Below, piece by piece: positions 1 through 7,239 of a stretch of DNA of 18,633 bases (position 1 is the stretch's first letter; each line of letters begins with the position of its first letter). The notes under the pieces were generated by a model. The model did not search any database, was not told where the DNA came from, and was given only the letters and a program-made list of their open reading frames with translations. The position numbers and the translations under genes are program-made. Source of the stretch: Campylobacterota bacterium (lineage in GTDB: Bacteria > Campylobacterota > Campylobacteria > Campylobacterales > Sulfurimonadaceae); contig JAYEKO010000037.1 of the NCBI GenBank assembly GCA_034661055.1, forward strand, positions 1 through 18,633, in the 5' to 3' direction.

Positions 1-647
1 ATTTTATTGGAATAAGAGAACCTATAGCTAAGAGATTAATGGATGAGCTAAAGATTGAGTCAAAGCTTACTTTTGACTGTGCAAGTATATACTTAAGTAA
101 ACTAGATCAGGAATTGCTCGTAAATGTCACTCCTTATCAAGAGTATATTGTGTTGTCTTCTTCTGTTATAGCAAATCAAAAAACAGAGGTTATATTTAAA
201 GATAGCATTATTGAGTTAATAAGGCAGAATAAAAATGTTGTATTGTTAAATGGTGGACCGCATGAAGAAAAAGTATTTTTAGAAAATCTTTATAAGCACT
301 TTAAAAGTGAGAAACAAGTTAGTTTTTTAGAGACTAAAAGTGTAGAACATTTTTTAAGTATTATTAAAAATGCGACAATGTTAATTAGTGGAAGATTTCA
401 TTACTCCATTATTGCAATGTTTTTACAATGTCCATTTGTATTATTAAATTCAAATACATCAAAGAACTTTGGTTTAATCGAAATGACACAGTTGCCTAAT
501 AAGATCTTAAGTTTTGATTTAGCAAATTTAAAAGACGAACTGCTTAGAGAAGTTTTAAAAATTGAAAAAGAGCCAAAAAAATACAGCCTACAAGAGAGCG
601 AATTGAAAAGGCTTGAAAACCTAGCTAAAGGTAACTTTATTACATAA
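1..647 (+). CDS. Polysaccharide pyruvyl transferase family protein, 5'-truncated by the window edge
   Basis: The frame is open from base 3 (FIGIREPIAKRLMDELKIESKLTFDCA), so ATG 39 is internal. Motifs 'IGIRE...TFD' and 'LISGRFHYSIIA...PFV' are typical of PS_pyruv_trans proteins. Stop TAA at 645-647. Confidence 0.7.
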   Translation, partial: FIGIREPIAKRLMDELKIESKLTFDCASIYLSKLDQELLVNVTPYQEYIVLSSSVIANQKTEVIFKDSIIELIRQNKNVVLLNGGPHEEKVFLENLYKHFKSEKQVSFLETKSVEHFLSIIKNATMLISGRFHYSIIAMFLQCPFVLLNSNTSKNFGLIEMTQLPNKILSFDLANLKDELLREVLKIEKEPKKYSLQESELKRLENLAKGNFIT

Positions 648-666
648 AGCTAATGCAGACAGTATA

Positions 667-2034
667 TTAATTATCTGAATTAAGCTCCGCTTGAATCATC
701 ATTTCCAGAGAAGAGAATTGAGAGTTGATTCTGCTAATAATAGCATCATAAGCCACAAAACGTTTAGTCATAATCTCGTAGCGGTCATCTAGAGAGGCTT
801 TGAGTCGGTCATACTGCTCTACAAGTGAGTCTTTAGAATTTTCTAAACCATCAGAAAATGTAGTTAGTAGTTTATTGTATCCGGTGTAGTTGGCCATTCT
901 CTCATCAAGTGTTGTAAAGATACCGTCTGTGTCACTGTCACCGCTAAAAAAGAGCTCCATCGCTTCTGGGTCTTTTGCAAATTTTGCCGATAAAACCGAG
1001 TTATCAAGACTCATAACACCATCTCTGTCAATAGAGATTCCATAGTCTACAAGAGACTCTCCGTTGCTGTTGACACTGAGGATGATGTCATTAAGTTCAC
1101 GTGAAATAGACTTAATAAAACTCTCTCCATTAAAAATACCGGCAACACCGTTCTCAATGTCTGATGTCGTCATATCTTCAAGATTACTTATTAGGTTGTT
1201 ATAGTTCTGTACAAAAATAGACATCTCAGAAGTTACAGCCGTCTCATTTTGAGAAATACTGATATTTGCAGAGTCAGTAGTTTCGTTTTGATTAAGTGTT
1301 AATGTGACACCATTAATAAGGTCACTAACCTCATTAGTGTCACGTGTTACTGTTATACCGTTGTATTTAAATGTAGCAGCTTCAGCAGGTTGAACATTAT
1401 TTAAAGCTAGTAGGTCTGTAAGACTGTCTGCAGTTGGTACACTTCCATCATTACTATCTGCATAAGTGATGGCTTCATTAGTGTTTTCAGCAGTAATAAT
1501 CAGTTCATAGCTATCTTCACCCACCTGTAGGACTGATGCAGTCATCTTCTCTCCAGCAGATTCATTGATTTTATCACGAATATCGTTAAGTGAATCAGCA
1601 GCAGTATAATCAACAGCATAGTCCTCACCATCAATAGTAATAGTTAGTGTACCCGCACCTAAGTCTGTAATAGGCGTTGATTTTGCATCAAGAGCTGTAG
1701 AATTCCATACATCTTTTTCTGCTTTATCAATGTCAGTTATACTAAAAGACTGTACATCCGAACCTGATTCTGCTGTGACTGTAAGAGCATCTGTATTCCC
1801 GCTAACTGAACGGCCTAAGTAGAGGTTGTCCCCATCAAGAGCCGAAGTACTACTTTTAAAGGTAGTCATTAAACTGGAAAGAAGCTCAAGCGCGTCTTCT
1901 TTCTGGTTTGCCAATTCTACTTTGTCTTCAACAGGTTTAATAATTCGAGACTCATCATTGGCTTTTAACTTCTCAATAATTTCTGCAGTTAAAACACCTG
2001 AACCAATCCCAAGTGAGCTAATTTCTCCAGCCAT
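667..2034 (-). CDS. fliD: Flagellar filament capping protein FliD (HAP2), 455 aa
   Basis: N-terminus 'MAGEISSLGIGSGVLTAEIIEKLK' and C-terminus 'RYEIMTKRFVAYDAIISRINSQFSSLEMMI' are characteristic of Campylobacterota FliD. SD AAGGAG at 2046-2041 (minus). Confidence 0.95.
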   Translation of the reverse strand: MAGEISSLGIGSGVLTAEIIEKLKANDESRIIKPVEDKVELANQKEDALELLSSLMTTFKSSTSALDGDNLYLGRSVSGNTDALTVTAESGSDVQSFSITDIDKAEKDVWNSTALDAKSTPITDLGAGTLTITIDGEDYAVDYTAADSLNDIRDKINESAGEKMTASVLQVGEDSYELIITAENTNEAITYADSNDGSVPTADSLTDLLALNNVQPAEAATFKYNGITVTRDTNEVSDLINGVTLTLNQNETTDSANISISQNETAVTSEMSIFVQNYNNLISNLEDMTTSDIENGVAGIFNGESFIKSISRELNDIILSVNSNGESLVDYGISIDRDGVMSLDNSVLSAKFAKDPEAMELFFSGDSDTDGIFTTLDERMANYTGYNKLLTTFSDGLENSKDSLVEQYDRLKASLDDRYEIMTKRFVAYDAIISRINSQFSSLEMMIQAELNSDN

Positions 2035-2065
2035 GATAAACTCCTTCTAATTGTCGTATGCTATT

Positions 2066-2092
2066 ACATCGTCTAAAATACTAAAAACTTTA
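2066..2092 (-). promoter_or_regulatory. Sigma28 (FliA) promoter of fliD
   Basis: Minus strand reads TAAAGTTT-N11(TTAGTATTTTA)-GACGATGT versus consensus TAAAGTTT-N11-GCCGATAA. The -35 element overlaps the SDR stop codon. Confidence 0.85.
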
Positions 2093-2779
2093 ATGTTTTT
2101 TCGTGATTCCAAACCGTTGTGACCTTACTGTAAGTTCTGTTACTGCAACTCCGTGACGCATAGCCAAAACCTGCTCAACAGCATCGGCAATATCACTGCT
2201 CTCAAGTCGGCTATGATCTGCCTCTGGCACACCAAATTTCAGTTCATCAAAAAATGCTGTGTCTGTCATGTCGGGGTTAATGGTGACTACAGTCAAATCA
2301 CTTTTTCGTACCTCTTCAAAAAGAGAAGATCCAAAGGCACGAAGACCTGCTTTTGTAGAAGAGTATAGAGCTGAAAACTTACTAGATCGTGTCGCTTCAA
2401 TAGAGGTGATATTAATGAGGTAACCACTGTTTTGTTTAAGGGTTCGCAGTAGTAGGTTTGAGAGTAAAATTGGTGCTGTTAAATTTACATGTATCATCGC
2501 TTCAATAGTTTTGGGACTTAACTCTTCATGAGGCTCAAACCTTCCAAAACCGGCAGCATTAATTAAAATATAGGCACCTTTTTCAGTTTTGAGCTTTTCC
2601 CCTAGCGCTATTGTCTCTGCAGTATTTGCCAAATTACTTGTAAATTGAGAGAAGTTTCTATCTTCTATATTTGAAGCACGTCGGCTAACTCCAATGACCT
2701 TGTACCCAAGATGTAAAAGCCGAATAGCAATAGCTTTTCCAATGCCTGAACTAGTTCCTGTTACTATAGCTGTTTTCAT
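2090..2779 (-). CDS. Classical short-chain dehydrogenase/reductase (SDR), 229 aa
   Basis: TGTSSGIG Rossmann motif, NAAG, catalytic Ser (ITS) and YSSTK. Start reassigned to ATG 2779 (MKTAIVTG), preceded by AAGGAG. Overlaps the upstream gene by 29 nt. Confidence 0.9.
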   Translation of the reverse strand: MKTAIVTGTSSGIGKAIAIRLLHLGYKVIGVSRRASNIEDRNFSQFTSNLANTAETIALGEKLKTEKGAYILINAAGFGRFEPHEELSPKTIEAMIHVNLTAPILLSNLLLRTLKQNSGYLINITSIEATRSSKFSALYSSTKAGLRAFGSSLFEEVRKSDLTVVTINPDMTDTAFFDELKFGVPEADHSRLESSDIADAVEQVLAMRHGVAVTELTVRSQRFGITKKH

Positions 2780-3308
2780 TAACAAGCTCCTTGATGGTTG
2801 CAACTCCACTGTTTAGAAGAGTCGCAACGGTTTTTTTATTTACATGTAAAGGTTCAAAGTGATCTGAAACGATTTTGATGCAGTGACATGTTTTAAATTT
2901 GTCTATTGCAGTTTTAAAGAGTGCAAACGCTTCCATATCTATTGCGGTATTATGCTTGGATGAAGCAGGAGTGTCAACTGTCATTAACTTGCATATAGGA
3001 TGAGAACATAACTCGATTGACTCTTTTTTATAATAGATATGACTACACTCTAACACATCGCCAATGGCATGATTTTTTGGAGCAGCACAAATTCCAAAGT
3101 TAATGAAACAATCATTCTCTTTTGGCGGTAGATACTCTAAAAGTGCTACAAGAGCGTTAGAAGCATTCTCCTGTCCCATCTGTGTAATAACTAAATAGAT
3201 ATCATCAGAAACATACAGTTTACACGGTGCATTCTTATCCCGTTTAAACTGCCAAAGTTGCAATAACGGTTTAGCTTCCTCTTTAAAAGCGACAAATATA
3301 TAAGTCAT
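2751..3308 (-). CDS. Nucleoside phosphorylase / MTA-SAH nucleosidase-like (PNP_UDP fold) protein, about 185 aa
   Basis: Motifs 'AFKEEA', 'TQMGQENA', 'INFGICAA', 'IDMEAFA' and 'IKIVSD' align with Pfs/MTAN-family signatures. Start placed at ATG 3308 because TATAAT lies 6 nt upstream; ATG 3314 abuts the -10 box. Confidence 0.7.
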   Translation of the reverse strand: MTYIFVAFKEEAKPLLQLWQFKRDKNAPCKLYVSDDIYLVITQMGQENASNALVALLEYLPPKENDCFINFGICAAPKNHAIGDVLECSHIYYKKESIELCSHPICKLMTVDTPASSKHNTAIDMEAFALFKTAIDKFKTCHCIKIVSDHFEPLHVNKKTVATLLNSGVATIKELVNENSYSNRN

Positions 3309-3314
3309 AAACAT

Positions 3315-3320
3315 ATTATA
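3315..3320 (-). promoter_or_regulatory. -10 box (TATAAT) of a probable leaderless transcript for the nucleosidase-like/SDR pair
   Basis: Minus strand TATAAT-ATGTTT-ATG(3308), with no SD-like sequence before the ATG. Confidence 0.6.
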
Positions 3321-3321
3321 T

Positions 3322-3349
3322 TTGAAAATTACAAATTTTTAGATATAAT
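3322..3349 (+). promoter_or_regulatory. Housekeeping sigma promoter for ffs
   Basis: TTGAAA (3322-3327), 16-nt spacer, TATAAT (3344-3349). Predicted TSS near 3356. Confidence 0.7.
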
Positions 3350-3394
3350 CGCATTTCACTTTTAAGCGCTGAGAACATTGTTATGTTTTGAGCG

Positions 3395-3497
3395 CTTCTC
3401 TTTAGACCTGTGCAATGGTGTTTTTAGATACTGTGTCAGGGTAGGAATACAGCAGCACGCCTAGTTTCGCTATGTGCCGCAGGTATCTGAAGGGGAG
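3395..3497 (+). ncRNA. ffs: Signal recognition particle RNA (small bacterial 4.5S type)
   Basis: Helix-8 signature GUCAGG-GUA-GGAA-UAC-AGCAGC (3435-3456), compared with E. coli GUCAGG-UCC-GGAA-GGA-AGCAGC, showing compensatory stem changes. Rod-like fold: 3395-3406 pairs with 3486-3497 and CCUGUG with CGCAGG. A U-rich tract follows. Confidence 0.93.
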
Positions 3498-3558
3498 TAC
3501 TTCTTTATTTGTCAAAAAATCAGTATACTATTTAATAATTTTACATGTAAGGTCTGTA

Positions 3559-4389
3559 ATGTTTCGACATTTACTACTTTTTTTATTTTTAACGCACACC
3601 ACCATGCATGCAGACAACACCAGTAGTTCTAAAACTCTTTTAGAGAGACTCTCCAAAGAGGAGAAACTTGTCTATACCAATGCCGCAATAGCTTCTGGTG
3701 TCTTAATTTGGGGATTTACACAGTGGGGTTATGGAGAAGAGAAGTTTCATTTTGATGATGAGGGCTGGTTTGGCAAAGAGACAAGCAATGGTGGTTCCGA
3801 TAAGCTGGGACATTTCTATACCAACTATTTGGTAACACGCATTTTAGCTCCTATCTATGAAAATTGGGGTTACAGCAATACTAATGCGGGTCTATATGCT
3901 GCTCTTACTGCTGGAATAACTTCTGGCGTTTTAATTGAACTTGGCGATGGCTTTAGCGAGCACGGTTTTTCCAAAGAGGATTTTATAGCTGATGTTTTAG
4001 GAGCAGCTGCTGGGTATTTTTGGTACATCAATCCAGCGTTGGCAGAAAAAATAGATTTTCGTGTAGAGTATGCACCATCTTTAAATAGTGACAATACGAC
4101 AGATTTTACTACGGACTACGAGCATATGAAACACCTACTCGCAGTCAAAGCCAATGGTTTTGAGACATTTCAAAATAGCTACATGCAGTATTTAGAACTT
4201 CATATTGGGTACTACACACGAGATTTTAACCACGATACCATGCCTATTGAAGATAGAAAACGCTACCTATATGCAGGTGTTGGTTTGAATTTGTCTAAGT
4301 TATTACGACCCCATATTGGTAAATACGCTACAATATTTAACTATTACCAAATGCCATACACCTATGTTCCGGTTGAGAAGCAGTTTTAG
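3559..4389 (+). CDS. Exported DUF2279/YfiM-like protein, 276 aa
   Basis: Start reassigned to ATG 3559 (SD AAGG at 3549-3552). Signal-peptide-like 'MFRHLLLFLFLTHTTMHA'. Motifs 'GGSDKLGHF' and 'ELGDGFS..GFSKEDFIAD.LG' match my recollection of DUF2279. Ends in Phe. Confidence 0.7.
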   Translation: MFRHLLLFLFLTHTTMHADNTSSSKTLLERLSKEEKLVYTNAAIASGVLIWGFTQWGYGEEKFHFDDEGWFGKETSNGGSDKLGHFYTNYLVTRILAPIYENWGYSNTNAGLYAALTAGITSGVLIELGDGFSEHGFSKEDFIADVLGAAAGYFWYINPALAEKIDFRVEYAPSLNSDNTTDFTTDYEHMKHLLAVKANGFETFQNSYMQYLELHIGYYTRDFNHDTMPIEDRKRYLYAGVGLNLSKLLRPHIGKYATIFNYYQMPYTYVPVEKQF

Positions 4390-4395
4390 GACTTT

Positions 4396-5217
4396 ATGAT
4401 GAGAAAAATATTAGAAATTATTACGCCACTGCTCTATATAATAGCGTTAACGACTGTTGCATTAACCGCTAACATAGGCGGTTATGAAGATTTTTTAAAG
4501 ACAATGACTCAAGAGAACGGCTTTTTTGAGAGCGTGAGCGTTGTACTACTTTTAGGGATTTTTGCTTATGGACTCTTTGCAATATACATGTATAAAAAAG
4601 TATTTAACATATTCATGCTTGCCGCAGTAGGACTGTTTGCATTTTTAGCATTTTTAGCTGCTATGGAAGAGATTAGTTGGGGTCAGCATCTATTTCATTT
4701 TCAAAGCAGCAGCTATTTTGTAGAGAACAATCTTCAAAAAGAGACAAACCTGCATAACTTTATGAATGCTAACCTCTTTAGCTCTATAATCTACTCAACT
4801 ATTTACACAGTACTGGTGTTTTTACCACTACTCTATAAGATTTTTTTAAAAAAGTTTAATACGCTTGAGTGGCTACACTGGTTCGATATTAATCCACACA
4901 CTATTTTAATAGTACTTTTTGCTTCATCTTTTCAGATCTATTTTTATGATGATATTGGCGTTGTTTTTGATATGGTGACACTGCTTGCAGCCGTAGCCAT
5001 GTTTGGAGCTTTTCTTTTTACCCAAGAGTGCACAAAATTTCTTAAAATTCATTTTGGGTTTATACTGCTCTCTATTGGAGTTAATATGCTGCATTATGAG
5101 ATTTTTAATTTTTTCAATATGCAGTATGAGATTCGTGAGATGTTCGTTGTATTGGCTGCAATGTTAGTGTTTATGGAGCTAATTCACAAACAGCGACTTA
5201 GTCATTGCGATATTTAG
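4396..5217 (+). CDS. Polytopic inner-membrane protein of unknown function (alternative start 4399)
   Basis: About 7-8 hydrophobic segments with polar motifs 'ENGFFE', 'MEEISWGQH', 'ETNLHN' and 'EIREM'. Starts 6 nt after the previous stop, with AGGA upstream. Confidence 0.8.
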   Translation: MMRKILEIITPLLYIIALTTVALTANIGGYEDFLKTMTQENGFFESVSVVLLLGIFAYGLFAIYMYKKVFNIFMLAAVGLFAFLAFLAAMEEISWGQHLFHFQSSSYFVENNLQKETNLHNFMNANLFSSIIYSTIYTVLVFLPLLYKIFLKKFNTLEWLHWFDINPHTILIVLFASSFQIYFYDDIGVVFDMVTLLAAVAMFGAFLFTQECTKFLKIHFGFILLSIGVNMLHYEIFNFFNMQYEIREMFVVLAAMLVFMELIHKQRLSHCDI

Positions 5218-5425
5218 AAATTCCACAAGCCTGATTTGGTGCTGGTGGATTTGCTTCTAAGTACTCCAAATCTTCAAGCGTCTGTTTTAAAACTTTTTGT
5301 TGTTGCAGCAGGGGTAACATGACATTGTCTTTCTCTGTTAGTGAAAGAGAGATGTTTAGCAGCGTGCTCTCAACCTCTTTATCTAAATCTTTAAGTGCAT
5401 TTTTTATGTGTTGTATAGGTTTCAT
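5198..5425 (-). CDS. Small hypothetical helical/coiled-coil protein, 75 aa
   Basis: Open frame with amphipathic helical composition, downstream of rnhB. TATAAT (5438-5433) lies 7 nt upstream of the ATG. Its 3' end overlaps the convergent gene by 20 nt. Confidence 0.7.
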   Translation of the reverse strand: MKPIQHIKNALKDLDKEVESTLLNISLSLTEKDNVMLPLLQQQKVLKQTLEDLEYLEANPPAPNQACGISKYRND

Positions 5426-5438
5426 AGGTTGGATTATA

Positions 5439-5987
5439 CTAAAAAAGTGTGGCTTCTAAAGCCTTAATCCTAAATGTTTTACGATGTACCTCACAATAGC
5501 CATGCTCCTTAATAGCATTTACATGTAATTTTGTCCCATAGCCTTTATGTTTCTCAAATTCATATTTAGGGTACTGCTTTGCAAACTCAAGCATCTCTCT
5601 GTCATGAGTTACTTTGGCTAAAATAGAGGCAGCACTCACTTCAGTAATCTCAGCATCTGCTTTAATCATAGTACGAAGCCCAGTAACACCAAAAGTGGAG
5701 TTGCCGTCAAAAAGGTAGTCATCACTCTCAATATTTTTCATAATATCTTTAAGTCCACTGCTAATGCATTTAGAGATTCCCAGTTCATCTACTTGAGCAG
5801 CTGAATAACTCACTATGTGATAGGTGCTGTTTTTAACTATCTCTTCATAAAGTGCTTCACGTCGTTTTTCAGTCAGTTTTTTAGAGTCATCAAGCCCTTT
5901 TACATGTATGTGTAAAATAACACCAGCCATAACTAAAGAGCCTGCAATAGGACCGCGACCAGCTTCATCAATTCCACAAAGTGCCAT
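5439..5987 (-). CDS. rnhB: Ribonuclease HII, 182 aa
   Basis: 'GIDEAGRGPIAG', 'GLDDSKKL', 'VSAASILAKVTHD', 'HKGYGTK.H' and 'HRKTF'. Start reassigned to ATG 5987, after a G-rich SD inside the upstream gene's 3' end. Confidence 0.97.
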   Translation of the reverse strand: MALCGIDEAGRGPIAGSLVMAGVILHIHVKGLDDSKKLTEKRREALYEEIVKNSTYHIVSYSAAQVDELGISKCISSGLKDIMKNIESDDYLFDGNSTFGVTGLRTMIKADAEITEVSAASILAKVTHDREMLEFAKQYPKYEFEKHKGYGTKLHVNAIKEHGYCEVHRKTFRIKALEATLF

Positions 5988-5991
5988 AACG

Positions 5992-7062
5992 TTACTCCCC
6001 CTCAATAATTGCCCACTCGCTAAATGGTAACATCTCAACATTAACAAAAGGGTGGTGCAGTTGTGCTTCTGAACTCATAGTAACGACTTTAACATCAGTA
6101 ACGCCATGAGTAATAATAAACTCTTCTATCTTCTCAACAGTCTTAAAAAGTACATCTTCATTGGAAAATGGCATGCATAAAATAATACGGTTTTGTGATG
6201 GAACATAGAAGTCAATGTTGTCATCATAAAAAATCTCGCGTTTACGTTTATGAAGTTCTAAATAGATTAGATTCTCAAATAGAAGTCGAAAGTTCTTCTG
6301 GTGTGTTAGTGCATTTTTAAATGCAATATCACAGAGATAAATTTTTTTGACTGCTCGTAAGTGCTTATATTTTGGTACCTGAAAAAGATAGTCTCTTTTT
6401 AAAAGTGAATCAACACTTCTATAGAGCATGTCTTTAGATATTTTTCGTTCACTTCGAAGTTTTTCGTACATACTAAAGGTAGAGAGTTTTAAACTATTAC
6501 TCTTAGCAATAAATGAAACAATTTCAAATTCAACTTGAGAAAGTGATCTCATAAGAGCCTGCTGAATATATAGATGACGCTCTTCACTGTTAATTGTATG
6601 CATAGCAGGTAGCCCGCCAAGTTGCAAGAAATGGTTTAGTGCGGTAGAGTCATACTTTGGCTCATAAGCTAAAAACTCCTCATAATCGAGAGTTGAAAGC
6701 TTAATAGAAGGTAGGTATGGATTGTTCAGTGGTTTTTCTGTGGTAATAAGTAGTTGCTTGACATTAGGTAGGTTAAAGTGTTCGTTGTAATTATCTAAAA
6801 CTACAATCTCAATACCATTTTGATTACAATAGCGTGTTAAAACGCCATTCATAGTGTTACTATCAATTCGTATATCACGACAGTCAATATAGATGTAGGT
6901 TGATTTTTTACATGTAAGCAGATATTTTTTTACAAGCGTGGTTTTTCCACTTCTAGTAATCCCATTTATTTCATAACTCTGCTCGTCTAGCTGAACCTTT
7001 CGTTCAACATAGTTATTTACATGTAAATTCTGCTTATAATATTCATCAAGTAATATTTCCAC
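5992..7062 (-). CDS. AAA-family ATP-binding protein (AAA_14/DUF4143-like), 356 aa
   Basis: Walker A GITRSGKT, Walker B-like VVLDN, 'LSTLDYEEFL', 'FLQLGGLP', 'KKIYLCD', 'LFENLIYLEL' and 'IDFY'. GTG start at 7062 with GGAG 7 nt upstream. Confidence 0.85.
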   Translation of the reverse strand: MEILLDEYYKQNLHVNNYVERKVQLDEQSYEINGITRSGKTTLVKKYLLTCKKSTYIYIDCRDIRIDSNTMNGVLTRYCNQNGIEIVVLDNYNEHFNLPNVKQLLITTEKPLNNPYLPSIKLSTLDYEEFLAYEPKYDSTALNHFLQLGGLPAMHTINSEERHLYIQQALMRSLSQVEFEIVSFIAKSNSLKLSTFSMYEKLRSERKISKDMLYRSVDSLLKRDYLFQVPKYKHLRAVKKIYLCDIAFKNALTHQKNFRLLFENLIYLELHKRKREIFYDDNIDFYVPSQNRIILCMPFSNEDVLFKTVEKIEEFIITHGVTDVKVVTMSSEAQLHHPFVNVEMLPFSEWAIIEGE

Positions 7063-7088
7063 TATTTGGCTCCAAAGTTGTATTTGAA

Positions 7089-7097
7089 ATTTTATCA
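7089..7097 (-). promoter_or_regulatory. Extended -10 promoter (TGnTAAAAT) for the ATPase-rnhB transcript
   Basis: Minus strand TGATAAAAT ends 26 nt before the GTG start. Confidence 0.55.
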
Positions 7098-7154
7098 TTT
7101 CCTTATTAAAAGGAAATAAAAATAGAGTAAATTTAGTTTTTACCCCCAAAAACC

Positions 7155-7183
7155 TTGAATATGAGAGCAGTCTTGGATATAAT
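7155..7183 (+). promoter_or_regulatory. Housekeeping sigma promoter of the S10-spc operon
   Basis: TTGAAT (7155-7160), 17-nt spacer, TATAAT (7178-7183). Predicted TSS near 7190, giving a 5'UTR of about 50 nt with SD AAGGA. Confidence 0.8.
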
Positions 7184-7239
7184 TTCGCTCCCTTTTATAG
7201 TTAGGCAGTGACCTAACGAGTTCTTTGTAAGGAAAAAAT

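Noticed and set aside
3356..3500. 6S RNA, riboswitch or tRNA interpretation of the structured intergenic region
   Set aside because: The GUCAGG...GGAA...AGCAGC helix-8 motif and rod-like fold identify it as SRP RNA. No cloverleaf is present.
3472..3558. N-terminal extension of the 305-aa ORF (ATG 3472)
   Set aside because: It starts inside the SRP RNA. ATG 3559 has an SD and gives a signal peptide.
5988..7149. Longer starts in the ORF track for rnhB (6047) and the ATPase (7149); likewise SDR 2809, rpsQ 11737, rpsN 13179 and rpsE 14723
   Set aside because: The extensions overlap neighbouring genes or promoters. Downstream starts have SD sequences and match family N-termini.
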